Of a stretch of DNA of 64,000 nucleotides, positions 32,222-41,267 are shown piece by piece. Source of the DNA: Polaromonas sp. (GTDB lineage Bacteria > Pseudomonadota > Gammaproteobacteria > Burkholderiales > Burkholderiaceae_C); the NCBI GenBank assembly GCA_025362315.1, contig JANYGP010000031.1, positions 59,886 through 123,885 of the forward strand, in the 5' to 3' direction. The translations under genes and the position numbers were made by a program. Within the stretch, counting starts at the first letter, position 1, and the number at the start of each line of letters is the position of its first letter. The notes under the pieces were generated by a model that saw nothing but the letters and a program-made list of their open reading frames with translations, ran no database searches and was not told the origin of the DNA.

Positions 32222-32803
32222 TTAGATGCAGTTCAGACTGACCAGCGACTGCACGCCAGTGGCAATGCTGCCGCTGGCGTTGCTCAAAGTGCAAACCTGT
32301 GCAGTCGGCTGCGTGGTCACCGTCACAGCATAGGCTGTTGCACCTGCCAAAATACCCGGAAATGTCGCCAGGCCGTTGGCGCTTACCGTCACCGTGCTGG
32401 CGGCATTGGCCAGGGTCACGCTTTGCCCGGCTGCCAGACCTGTGACGTTCACGCCCAATGAGTTGGCGGCGCAAGCCACAGTTGTGATGTCGGCTTTCAG
32501 GCCGTTGGTGGGGATAACGCCAGTCGGCCGGGTGACAGTGCAAAACTGGTTGGTGGGCTGGGTCAACACCGACACGCTGAACGCACCGAGTGAACGCAGC
32601 TGCGTGGGGAAGGTGAAGACACCGTTTGCTGTCATCACCACGTCGTCGCCACCGTTGTTTTGCAGCGTGATTTGCAGGCCTGCGTTCAGGCCGGTCAAGG
32701 TGCCGCTCACCAGACCGTAAGTCTCGGCAACGCCGCCGCACGCGCCAAGGCTTGCAGCGCATGCCAGAGCAGCTAAAAAAGAAGTGGGTTTTGCAAAGTG
32801 CAT
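32222..32803 (-). CDS. Lipoprotein with two tandem Cys-containing beta-rich repeats
   Basis: Lipobox LGAC; repeat TGL.AG....L.N...ANG..TFP...V.V.TQPT.Q.CT....G...C twice. Confidence 0.75.
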   Translation of the reverse strand: MHFAKPTSFLAALACAASLGACGGVAETYGLVSGTLTGLNAGLQITLQNNGGDDVVMTANGVFTFPTQLRSLGAFSVSVLTQPTNQFCTVTRPTGVIPTNGLKADITTVACAANSLGVNVTGLAAGQSVTLANAASTVTVSANGLATFPGILAGATAYAVTVTTQPTAQVCTLSNASGSIATGVQSLVSLNCI

Positions 32804-32913
32804 GGTGGTTTCAGTCCGTCGGTGGGTTGGTAAAACTGCTCAGGGAAACCCGTGTGCAGCGGTGCAGTGAAATCATAGCGAATACTCGGGGCAAGAATGA
32901 ACAGCCACGCTTG

Positions 32914-33813
32914 TCAAACTGGGTTAGACACGCCGCTGGCCACATGCCCGGCAGGCACATGCTGCGCCGCCGAGTCGACATGGCCGGTCTGGTCGTCAAA
33001 GAAAAAGTCAGGCTCGAACTCCCGCAAAAACTCTCCTTTGGCCAGCCCGCCCAAAAACATCGCCTCATCGACTTCAATGTTCCAGTCCATCAGCGTGCGA
33101 ATGGCGCGTTCATGCGCTGGCGCGCTGCGCGCTGTAACCAGCGACGTGCGTATGCGCATGTGCGGCGTGCCTGCTTGTTGCAGGCCGTGCAAGGCTTTCA
33201 AAAGTGGCATGAAAGGCCCCGGCGGCAGCGGCTTGGCAGAGTGTTTGCGCTCATGCTTTTGAAAAGCATCCAGCCCGCCTTGCTGGTACACCCTCTCGGC
33301 CTGGTCCGAAAACAGCACCGCGTCCCCGTCAAAGGCAATGCGCACCTCGCTGGGGTGATTGCTTTGCGCCCGCGCCGACTGCGTGGCTACGGTGGCGGCG
33401 GCAAAACCGTTGCCCAGTGCCGAGCGCACGTCTTCCGACCTGGCAGACAAAAAAAGGTTGGCTTTGAGCGGGCGCAGGTACCGCCACGGCGCCTGGCCTT
33501 TGGTAAAAGTACAGCGGCTGATCGCCAGCTTGTAATGCTCTGCCGAGCGCATCACCCGCAGGCCGCTGACCGGGTCGTTGCGCGACAAGATCACCACCTC
33601 GACCCTTTGCGCTCCGGGTGTGTTGAAAGCCAGCAACTTTTTGACCAAGGAGAACGCCACGCCAGGCTTGGCCGGTTGCTCCAGGCGCTGCAGCTGCATC
33701 TGCATGTAGATTTTGTCGGCCTGCTGCTCAAAAACCTGGTTTTCTTCCTCAAAGTCAAACAGCGCCCGGGAGGAAATGGCAACAACAAGTTGCCCGTCAA
33801 GATTGGTGGCCAT
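32914..33813 (-). CDS. 5'-nucleotidase (HAD-like)
   Basis: VVAISSRALF, RIAFDGDAVLF, VTARSAPAHER, FFDDQ. Confidence 0.92.
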   Translation of the reverse strand: MATNLDGQLVVAISSRALFDFEEENQVFEQQADKIYMQMQLQRLEQPAKPGVAFSLVKKLLAFNTPGAQRVEVVILSRNDPVSGLRVMRSAEHYKLAISRCTFTKGQAPWRYLRPLKANLFLSARSEDVRSALGNGFAAATVATQSARAQSNHPSEVRIAFDGDAVLFSDQAERVYQQGGLDAFQKHERKHSAKPLPPGPFMPLLKALHGLQQAGTPHMRIRTSLVTARSAPAHERAIRTLMDWNIEVDEAMFLGGLAKGEFLREFEPDFFFDDQTGHVDSAAQHVPAGHVASGVSNPV

Positions 33814-33833
33814 GCTTTGTTCCGGGTGGTTAT

Positions 33834-34379
33834 TCAAACAGTCAGTTTGCACCATTGTCCATAAGCCGGCGCTTCTTTTGGCCATGCGTCGGCCCGGCTG
33901 ATGTGCCGGAGGCCGCTACCAATCAGGCTGGCGGCGCGAATGACGCCTGCATGCGTGACCCACAGTGTGTCGCTTAGCGGGTCAAGCGCGTCATACGCAT
34001 CCGCAACCCGGGCCATGAACTGAAACACGCTTTCGCCCGTGTTGCCAGCGCGGTAGTGAGCAAAGTTGTCTGTCCAGGCTGCCAGTTCGGCAGCGTCGAT
34101 GTCAGCCCACGGGCGGCCTTCCCAGCTGCCAAAATTCATTTCCTGCAGTCTGGGGTCAGTTTTGAGCAAAAAATCAGGCTGTAGCGCACATATTTCGTGC
34201 GCCAGCTGCTCACATCTTTGTAGCGGTGAGGTGATGATGTGAATGTGCCTGGGCAAGACTTTAACAATTTGGCTGGCGCAGGCTTGTGTGGCTACCCGGG
34301 CAGCAGCCACGTCCAGCCGGCCGTAGCAGACGCCAGCTTCAATCAGCGGTTGCGCATGGCGCGTCAGCCACAGAGTCAT
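33834..34379 (-). CDS. cobC: Histidine phosphatase, probable alpha-ribazole phosphatase CobC
   Basis: LTRH, SPLQRC, L.EMNFG.WEG, VTHAGVIR; next to cobS/cobT. Confidence 0.75.
   Translation of the reverse strand: MTLWLTRHAQPLIEAGVCYGRLDVAAARVATQACASQIVKVLPRHIHIITSPLQRCEQLAHEICALQPDFLLKTDPRLQEMNFGSWEGRPWADIDAAELAAWTDNFAHYRAGNTGESVFQFMARVADAYDALDPLSDTLWVTHAGVIRAASLIGSGLRHISRADAWPKEAPAYGQWCKLTV
34160..34225 (-). repeat. 66-bp TGCTAT repeat, in-frame in cobC
   Basis: rc CGCTACAAAGATGTGAGC-AGCTGGCGCAC-GAAATAT-GTGCGCTA. Confidence 0.7.
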
Positions 34380-34414
34380 AGGACATCACCGAGCATCACA
34401 GGGCGCCACAGGTA

Positions 34415-35263
34415 TCACCCAGCAACAGCCAGGCCCAGGTAAAAAGCAATTTCGCACACCTGCTGCGCCGCACCCAGGCAATCGCCGGTAAAGCCCAGCA
34501 AGCGGCGCTTGAACAGGCGATGCATCCACAGCAGGGCAACCAGGACAAAGCCACAAGCTACTATTAATTCAGTAGCTGCCAGCGCCCATAAAACAAGGGC
34601 TAGAGCAATAAAACACCATGAAAACGCAATCAAAAGGCTGTGCAGACTGATCTGATCGGCCAAAGGTTTGGACTTGGACGCCGCGCTGTCTCCCACATGC
34701 GGCAGCCACGCAATCAGCAGCAGGGACGCCGTGCGTGACACCACATGGCCTGCCAGCAGCGCTGAGCCTACATAAGCTATCGGATACAAATCCCTGAAAT
34801 CTGAATCGTCCCAACTTTCCGGAACGCCATCGACCCCGGCCAGGACTGCCAGCAACGCCACTTTGGCCAGCAGCGCCAGGCAAAGTGCCATCGCGCCAAA
34901 AGCGCCAACACGCGAGTCTTTCATGATCTCCAGCGCACGGGCCTTGTCGTAGCTGCCGCCCAGGCCATCAGCCACATCGGCCAGGCCATCTTCATGAAAT
35001 CCACCTGTCAGCAAGACGGTGGCAACCGTTGACAGAACGGCTGCTACCAGCGGGGCAAACGGAGTGTCTGGCAGCAGCGCAGCCAGCAACACGTACACAC
35101 CGGCAGCCACAGCGCCCACCAGCATGCCAACACCCGGAAAGTGTGCTGCACTGGCCCGCAGCATGGCGGGGCTGAACCCCACCCAGTCGGCAAGTTTGCC
35201 GGTGATCGGAATGCGGGTAAAAAACTGCACGGCCAGCAGAAAGTGTCGAACGAAATTCACCAT
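34415..35263 (-). CDS. cobS: Adenosylcobinamide-GDP ribazoletransferase
   Basis: FFTRIP, TGGFHEDGLADVADG, IMKDSRVGAFG, GFTGDCLGA. Confidence 0.95.
   Translation of the reverse strand: MVNFVRHFLLAVQFFTRIPITGKLADWVGFSPAMLRASAAHFPGVGMLVGAVAAGVYVLLAALLPDTPFAPLVAAVLSTVATVLLTGGFHEDGLADVADGLGGSYDKARALEIMKDSRVGAFGAMALCLALLAKVALLAVLAGVDGVPESWDDSDFRDLYPIAYVGSALLAGHVVSRTASLLLIAWLPHVGDSAASKSKPLADQISLHSLLIAFSWCFIALALVLWALAATELIVACGFVLVALLWMHRLFKRRLLGFTGDCLGAAQQVCEIAFYLGLAVAG
34559..34624 (+). repeat. 66-bp TGCTAT repeat, in-frame in cobS
   Basis: TACTATTAATTCAGTAGC-TGCCAGCGCCCATAAAACAAGGGCTAGAG. Confidence 0.8.
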
Positions 35264-35280
35264 GGACTTCTCATTGAGTC

Positions 35281-35382
35281 CGTCATTCCCGCGAAGGCGG
35301 GAATCCAGACCGGTGCTGGGATAGCAAACAGTCGCGCATCGTCAGCAACCTGATCTGGATGCCCGCCTTCGCAGGTATCACG
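35281..35382. repeat. Inverted pair of REP-like elements (GTCATTCCCGCGAAGGCGGGAATCCA type)
   Basis: cgtcattcccgcgaaggcgggaatccag ... ctggatgcccgccttcgcaggtatcacg between cobS and cobT. Confidence 0.85.
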
Positions 35383-35396
35383 CAGAATTGGGGGTT

Positions 35397-36434
35397 TCAC
35401 GCGTCCTTCCCACTCACACCCGCTGACTCAAAACTCGCCATTTCATTCATCAACAGCGCAGCCGACTGCACCAGCGGCCAGGCCAGCAGCGCGCCTGTGC
35501 CTTCACCCAGGCGCATGTCCAGATCCAGCAGCGGCCTGGCTTCAAGGTATGCCAGCATCAGGTGGTGGCCGCGCTCCGCCGAACGGTGGCAAAACACCAG
35601 GTAGTCCCTTGCAGCTGGCGCCAAGGCACAAGCGACCAAAGCCGCGCTGCCGGCAATAAAACCATCGACCAGAATCACTCTGCGCTCGCTGGCAGCCTGC
35701 AGCATGGCCCCTGTCATCATGGCAATCTCAAACCCGCCCAGGGCAGCCAGTATTTGCATCGGCTCAGTTGCATTTTTATGCAGCTCTGCAGCACGTGTTA
35801 AGACAGCTTGTTTATGCCGCAATTGCGGGTCATCCAGCCCCGTGCCGCGCCCTGTGCCATCTTCAATTGACACACCCGCCAGGCGATGCAACAGCAGTGC
35901 AGCAGCAGACGTATTGGCAATGCCCATTTCACCAAAAGCCACCACATTGCCGCTCAAGCTGGCCAGCACTTGTGCGCCTGCTTGCAAAGCTGCATCAAGC
36001 TGCTGCGCCGTCATGGCCGGCACGTGCGCCAGGTTGTGCGTGCCATGTGCAATTTTGCGTTTGACAAGCTGCGGGTGGTCAGCCAAATCACCGGCCACGC
36101 CTGCATCGACCACGTGCAGCGCAAAGCCATGTTGCCGCGCCAGCACATTGATGGCCGCGCCGCCTGCCAGCATGTTGGCCACCATCTGCATCGTTACAGC
36201 CTGCGGAAAGGCCGACACACCCTCGCTTGCAATGCCGTGGTCAGCCGCAAAAACGACGATCTGGGGTTGAGTCAATGTCAGCGTTTCGCTGCGTTGGATC
36301 AAACCAAGTTGCAATGCCAGATTTTCAAGCTGACCCAGCGCGCCCATTGGCTTGGTTTTATGGTCAATTTTGTGCTGCAGACTGGCTGCCAGTGCTGTGT
36401 CTTTGGTGCTGTCAACAGCAGGTAAATTGAACAT
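35397..36434 (-). CDS. cobT: Nicotinate-nucleotide--dimethylbenzimidazole phosphoribosyltransferase
   Basis: KTKP.GALG.LE, FAADHG, GEMGIANT, GGFEIA, RLGEGTGA. Confidence 0.96.
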   Translation of the reverse strand: MFNLPAVDSTKDTALAASLQHKIDHKTKPMGALGQLENLALQLGLIQRSETLTLTQPQIVVFAADHGIASEGVSAFPQAVTMQMVANMLAGGAAINVLARQHGFALHVVDAGVAGDLADHPQLVKRKIAHGTHNLAHVPAMTAQQLDAALQAGAQVLASLSGNVVAFGEMGIANTSAAALLLHRLAGVSIEDGTGRGTGLDDPQLRHKQAVLTRAAELHKNATEPMQILAALGGFEIAMMTGAMLQAASERRVILVDGFIAGSAALVACALAPAARDYLVFCHRSAERGHHLMLAYLEARPLLDLDMRLGEGTGALLAWPLVQSAALLMNEMASFESAGVSGKDA

Positions 36435-36455
36435 CTTGATGGGGTTGGTTCATGT

Positions 36456-36518
36456 CCTCTCCCGCATCTGAAGACAAAGCCTTCGGCTTTGCGTGCGGGA
36501 GAAGGCTAGGGTGAGGGT
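36456..36518 (+). repeat. CCCTCTCCC/GGGAGAGG..GGGTGAGGG-type palindromic repeat
   Basis: cctctcccgca...tgcgggagaaggctagggtgaggg; same family at 38798 and 43505. Confidence 0.7.
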
Positions 36519-36520
36519 TT

Positions 36521-38098
36521 TCAGCTCTGCAAAAACAGCTGATACGCCGGATTGCTGGTTTCTTCCACATGCGGGTAACCCACGGTGTCCAGAAATGTCT
36601 TGAATGATTTGTTGTCAGCCTTGGGCACCTGCAACCCGACCAGTATGCGGCCAAAGTCTGCACCCTGATTGCGGTAATGAAACAAACTGATGTTCCAGCC
36701 CGGCTGCATCGCAGCCAAAAACTTCATCAAGGCACCCGGCCGCTCAGGGAACACAAAGCGCAGCACGCGCTCGTCTTTTGACAGCGTGCTACGCCCACCT
36801 ACCATGTGCCGAATGTGTTCTTTGGCCAGCTCGTCATGCGTCAGGTCAAGCGCCTTGAAGCCGTTGCGCGTTAAGTTGCCCGCAATTTTTGCGCTTTCGC
36901 CTTTTTGTGTGGTCAGCCCGACAAACACATGGGCCTTGGCACCGTCGCTGATGCGGTAGTTGAACTCGGTCACACTCCGGTGGCTGCTGCCGCCGGTTCC
37001 TGATTTTTGGGGTCCGCCGGGCAACGCCCCAATCACTTCACAAAACCGTTTGAAACTGCCGCGCGCTTCCGGGATCGTCACGGCAAACAGCGCCTCGCGC
37101 TCTTCACCCACTTCAGCCCGCTCCGCCACAAAGCGCAGGCGGTCAAAGTTCATGTTAGCGCCGCACAAAATAGCGGCGTAGGTCTCGCCTCTGGTTTTGT
37201 GCAGCGCTACATATTTTTTTACCGCCGCCACGGCCAGCGCGCCTGCCGGCTCCACGATGCTGCGTGTGTCAACAAACACGTCCTTGATGGCTGCGCACAC
37301 GGCGTCTGTGTCAACCGTCATGAATTCATCGACCAGCTCACGGCTGATGCGAAAGGTTTCTTCTCCCACCAGCTTGACAGCGGTGCCGTCTGAAAACAGA
37401 CCCACATCACCCAAATTGACGCGCTTGTTGGCGGCTACCGACTGCATCATCGCGTCTGAGTCATTCATCTGCACACCAATGATTTTGATGTCTGGCCGAA
37501 CAGCCTTGATGTAGTTGGCTACCCCGGAAATAAGCCCGCCTCCCCCAATCGCAACAAACACCGCATGCAGCGGGCCCGGGTGCTGGCGCAGCATCTCCAT
37601 GGCAATCGTGCCCTGACCAGCAATCACATCCGGGTCGTCAAACGGGTGGACGAATGTCAAGCCGCGTTTTTTCTCCAGCTGCACGGCATGCACATAAGCG
37701 TCGGAATAACTGTCGCCATGCAGCACCACATTGCCGCCGAGCGCCTTGACCGCATCAATCTTGAGTTGGGGCGTGCTGGTGGGCATCACGATCACGGCCC
37801 GGGTGCCGAGCTTTTGCGCAGACATGGCCACGCCCTGCGCATGGTTACCAGCTGAGGCGCAAATCACGCCTTTTTTCAGTTGAGCTGCGCTCAAATGCGC
37901 CATCTTGTTGTAAGCGCCGCGCAGCTTGAAGCTGAACACGCTTTGCTGGTCTTCCCGCTTGAGCAGTACCGTGTTTTTCACGCGCAAGCTCAAGGTTTTG
38001 GCGGGTTCCAATGCTGATTCAACTGCGACGTCGTACACACGGGCGGTCAGGATTTTTTTCAGGTAGTCAGCCGGGGAAAGCGCTTGGGTCATGGGCAT
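36521..38098 (-). CDS. ilvA: Threonine ammonia-lyase, biosynthetic
   Basis: KRED.Q.VFSFKLRGA, SAGNHAQG, C-terminal regulatory FPERPGAL and FHYRNQG. Confidence 0.97.
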   Translation of the reverse strand: MPMTQALSPADYLKKILTARVYDVAVESALEPAKTLSLRVKNTVLLKREDQQSVFSFKLRGAYNKMAHLSAAQLKKGVICASAGNHAQGVAMSAQKLGTRAVIVMPTSTPQLKIDAVKALGGNVVLHGDSYSDAYVHAVQLEKKRGLTFVHPFDDPDVIAGQGTIAMEMLRQHPGPLHAVFVAIGGGGLISGVANYIKAVRPDIKIIGVQMNDSDAMMQSVAANKRVNLGDVGLFSDGTAVKLVGEETFRISRELVDEFMTVDTDAVCAAIKDVFVDTRSIVEPAGALAVAAVKKYVALHKTRGETYAAILCGANMNFDRLRFVAERAEVGEEREALFAVTIPEARGSFKRFCEVIGALPGGPQKSGTGGSSHRSVTEFNYRISDGAKAHVFVGLTTQKGESAKIAGNLTRNGFKALDLTHDELAKEHIRHMVGGRSTLSKDERVLRFVFPERPGALMKFLAAMQPGWNISLFHYRNQGADFGRILVGLQVPKADNKSFKTFLDTVGYPHVEETSNPAYQLFLQS

Positions 38099-38115
38099 GA
38101 ATCATAAATGCCAAG

Positions 38116-38180
38116 AAAAAAGGCCCAAACCTTGCGGCTTGGGCCTGTAAATCCATCCTTTGAGAAGATGGAGGAGACAA
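38116..38180 (-). ncRNA. Probable CU-rich small RNA (Betaproteobacteria toxic-sRNA-like) with intrinsic terminator
   Basis: Minus strand TTGTCTCCTCCATCTTCTCAAAGGATGGA-TTTAC-AGGCCCAAGCCGCAAGGTTTGGGCCTTTTTT; family resemblance from memory. Confidence 0.65.
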
Positions 38181-38230
38181 TTGGTGTGTCGTAACCTGAC
38201 TTAAAACGCCGGGTCTGACACCTTCGTTGA

Positions 38231-38260
38231 AGTATAGCGCCGCTATGCTGCACTGCACAA
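38231..38260 (-). promoter_or_regulatory. Candidate sigma70 promoter for the sRNA/ilvA direction
   Basis: TTGTGC-N18-TATACT on minus strand. Confidence 0.4.
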
Positions 38261-38331
38261 TACACTGTTGTTCAAATTAGACAGCCCAGTCTGATTAAAA
38301 ACTCAACTTTATTTGCACAAGGGTCATCGGC

Positions 38332-38790
38332 ATGGAATGCACAGTCAATTGGACAGGTCCGGCAGCGGCAACAGGCTCAAAATCCGGCATGACATTCATT
38401 GCGCAAACAGGCAGTGGGCACACGCTGGTCATGGACGGCGCACCAGACGAGGCCAAGCCTGAAAACGGTGGGGCCAATCTGGCTCCGCGCCCGATGGAAA
38501 CCGTGTTGGCCGGCACCGGCGGCTGTACCGCCTATGACGTGGTGCTGATACTCAAACGCGGCCGCCATGATGTGCGGGGCTGCTCGGTCAAACTGACATC
38601 AGAGCGAGCGCCTGTTGACCCCAAAATATTCACCAAAATCCACATGCATTTCACCGTTACCGGCAAAGCTTTGAATACCAGCGCAGTGGAGCGCGCCATT
38701 GCCATGAGTCACGAAAAATATTGCTCAGCCACCATCATGCTGGGGAAAACGGCTGACATCACTACCAGTTTTGAGGTTCTGGAGGTTTGA
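38332..38790 (+). CDS. OsmC/YhfA-family protein
   Basis: PRPMETVLAGTGGCTAYDV, SHEKYCSA. Confidence 0.9.
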   Translation: MECTVNWTGPAAATGSKSGMTFIAQTGSGHTLVMDGAPDEAKPENGGANLAPRPMETVLAGTGGCTAYDVVLILKRGRHDVRGCSVKLTSERAPVDPKIFTKIHMHFTVTGKALNTSAVERAIAMSHEKYCSATIMLGKTADITTSFEVLEV

Positions 38791-38797
38791 TGTTCAG

Positions 38798-38833
38798 TTC
38801 CCTCTCCCCCGGGGAGAGGGCCAGGGTGAGGGC
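38798..38833 (+). repeat. CCCTCTCCC/GGGAGAGGG..GGGTGAGGG-type palindromic repeat between convergent genes
   Basis: ttccctctcccccggggagagggccagggtgaggg. Confidence 0.8.
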
Positions 38834-38856
38834 TCCCCGCATTCAAAACCTCAACA

Positions 38857-39474
38857 CTAAATCCGGTGCGCCACAGTCGTCATCACTTTGGCTGCAGCAC
38901 CCATCAACGCTTTGATGGGTGCTGGCAATTCCATAGCACCCGAGGCAGTCGCTTCTAGCGCGTGGCGCGCTTCATCGTCTTTCATTTGCGCCACGATGGC
39001 GCGCGATTCATGGTCGCCTAGCGGCAGTCGCGCCATGTGGTCAGCCAGGTGTGCCTCCACCTGGCGCTCGGTTTCTACAACAAACCCCAGGCTGACCTTG
39101 TCGCCCAGCCTGCCTGCCAGCAGTCCCAAGCCAAATGCGCCGGCATACCAGATCGGGTTCAGCAGCGACGGCCGCGCGCCCAGTTCATTGAGCCGTTGAT
39201 GCGTCCAGGCCAGGTGGTCGCCTTCTTCATGGCTGGCATCCACAAATTGTTTGCGAAGCACCGGATCCTGCGTGCTGATCGCTTGCGCCGCATACAGCGC
39301 CTGCGCACAAACCTCGCCCACATGGTTCACCCGCATCAGCGCGCCTGCCAGCGCTTTGTCGGGACCCGACAAATGGGTGACGTCGTTGGCAACCGTGGGG
39401 CAGGGCCTGCTGGCGCGGGGTGTGGCAAACAACGTGCGCAGCGCTCTGTCGAAAGTTTTGATGGGGGTGTCCAT
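38857..39474 (-). CDS. coq7: Demethoxyubiquinone hydroxylase Coq7
   Basis: [41 protein letters not shown] di-iron motifs. Confidence 0.94.
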   Translation of the reverse strand: MDTPIKTFDRALRTLFATPRASRPCPTVANDVTHLSGPDKALAGALMRVNHVGEVCAQALYAAQAISTQDPVLRKQFVDASHEEGDHLAWTHQRLNELGARPSLLNPIWYAGAFGLGLLAGRLGDKVSLGFVVETERQVEAHLADHMARLPLGDHESRAIVAQMKDDEARHALEATASGAMELPAPIKALMGAAAKVMTTVAHRI

Positions 39475-39563
39475 AAATATGTTCGTTAAAAAAGAGTAGC
39501 TTTGCCAATACGAAAAATCGAGCCTCATTAAACGCAAATTTATCATGAGAGTAAAATTTTGGC

Positions 39564-39800
39564 GTGGAATACATCGATAACATAATTTTTGAGCATCTTC
39601 GAGCCATGCGTGGCGATATCGCTGTTATTCGTGAAGACGTGCAAGAAGTCAAGCAGCGCTTCAGCGGGCTTGAAGCGGGCGTTGGCGGGCTCAAACGCGA
39701 TGCCAGCGATGTCTATACAGAAAACGCCAGCCAACATGTGCGTTATGACCGTCTTGCAGCTCGCATAGAAAAAATTGAGTGGCGGTTGGAGCTCAATTAA
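39564..39800 (+). CDS. Small coiled-coil hypothetical protein
   Basis: 78-aa ORF with heptad pattern, followed by terminator. Confidence 0.6.
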   Translation: MEYIDNIIFEHLRAMRGDIAVIREDVQEVKQRFSGLEAGVGGLKRDASDVYTENASQHVRYDRLAARIEKIEWRLELN

Positions 39801-39809
39801 CGGACTGCG

Positions 39810-39834
39810 AAAAGCCGCTTCAAAGCGGCTTTTT
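39810..39834 (+). terminator. Intrinsic terminator
   Basis: aaaagccgctt-ca-aagcggcttttt. Confidence 0.8.
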
Positions 39835-40025
39835 GTTGTGCTTCACCCACGGGCAAATACTGATTTGTTGCACGCCCACAACGAAAACACTTTTAATCAT
39901 CATTTCCAGCCCATTTCCTTTGCCACAGCCAGTCAGCTCTGGTTCAATTACAACAACTTCCGAAACGGAGGTTGGCCCGGGGCCCAATCCTGGAGCCCTT
40001 TGTTTAACCTTGGAGAAATATTCAC

Positions 40026-41174
40026 ATGAAAAAATCCCTAATTGCCATGGCCGCATTGGCCGCGACCAGCGCTTTTGCGCAGTCAAGCGTTACCCTGTAC
40101 GGCGTGGCTGACCTTTGGGTTGGTCAGATCAAACAATTCTCGGTTAACGCAGCCAACACCGTTGACACAACCGTTAGCCAGACAAAACTGGACAATGGTG
40201 GTCAGTATGGTAGCCGTTTCGGCATGCGCGGTACTGAAGACCTCGGCGGCGGCTTGAAAGCCAATTTCGTGTTCGAAGGTGGCCTTGCTCCTGATACCGG
40301 CACCTCCACTCAAGGCGGCGCTACTTTTGGTCGTCAGTCATGGGTTGGTTTGGAAAACAGCATTGGTCAGTTGAACTTCGGTCGTCAGTACGGCCCGTAC
40401 GACAACGTGAAGTGCGGCTTCAGTGTTCAGTGCTCAACCGCATTTGACCCAACCAACGGTTTCCAGAATCCTAACGGCCCATTTGCTGGTGGCGCAGTCA
40501 CCGGCACCAACGTTATCCCGTTTGCTTTGAATGGCGGCGTCGTAACACCTGCTCTGGCTGCAAGCCTCGCAAACGCATCCAGCGGTCGGTTGGGTGCTTT
40601 TGTCGGTTACCAGGCTCGTATCAATAACGCGATCAAGTTTCAATCCGCCAATTTTGGTGGTGTAAGTGGTTCCGTAATTTATGGTTTTGGCGAGAACAAA
40701 ACGACAACAACCGGTGCTGACTCTACATTGGGTTTCAACCTGTTGTACGGTAACGGTCCTTTGAATGTTGCGTTGGCTTACCAAACTGAAAAGTACCCAT
40801 CACTGGGCAACTTTAAGAACAACAACACAATGATTGCAGCTAACTACGACTTTGGCGTTGCCAAAGTGAACGTTGGCTACAACCAGAGCCGTTTGGTTGG
40901 TTCTACTTTCACATTGCCTAGCAATGAATACTTCATCGGCGCATCTGCACCGTTTGGTGCATTCACGTTGCAAACAGCATTTGCACGCAGCCAGCACAAA
41001 GTTGTTGGCGGTACGACCGACACATCGTTTGGTTTGGAAGGCACTTACGCTTTGTCCAAGCGTAGCTTCGTGTACAGCGGTTACCAAGGCACCAAGATCC
41101 AGAATGGCAACACCATCACTGGCGCCAACGTGACCAACTCTGTATTCGCAGTTGGCGTTCGCCACATGTTCTAA
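40026..41174 (+). CDS. Gram-negative trimeric porin
   Basis: MKKSLIA..AFAQSSVTLYG, SRFG.RG.EDLGGGLKA, YALSKR, C-terminal GVRHMF; GGAG RBS. Confidence 0.95.
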   Translation: MKKSLIAMAALAATSAFAQSSVTLYGVADLWVGQIKQFSVNAANTVDTTVSQTKLDNGGQYGSRFGMRGTEDLGGGLKANFVFEGGLAPDTGTSTQGGATFGRQSWVGLENSIGQLNFGRQYGPYDNVKCGFSVQCSTAFDPTNGFQNPNGPFAGGAVTGTNVIPFALNGGVVTPALAASLANASSGRLGAFVGYQARINNAIKFQSANFGGVSGSVIYGFGENKTTTTGADSTLGFNLLYGNGPLNVALAYQTEKYPSLGNFKNNNTMIAANYDFGVAKVNVGYNQSRLVGSTFTLPSNEYFIGASAPFGAFTLQTAFARSQHKVVGGTTDTSFGLEGTYALSKRSFVYSGYQGTKIQNGNTITGANVTNSVFAVGVRHMF

Positions 41175-41209
41175 TCAATTGCTGGCCTCGTGCCAGTAAC
41201 TGGTTTGAC

Positions 41210-41239
41210 AAAAACCCGCTGCTTGCAGCGGGTTTTTTT
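41210..41239 (+). terminator. Intrinsic terminator of porin
   Basis: aaaaacccgctgc-tt-gcagcgggttttttt. Confidence 0.9.
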
Positions 41240-41267
41240 ATGCTTATCCTTTTTTATGGCTTTGATA

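Noticed and set aside
36435-36520. Cobalamin riboswitch upstream of cobT
   Set aside because: Space is under 90 bp and occupied by a CCCTCTCCC-type repeat; no B12-box visible.
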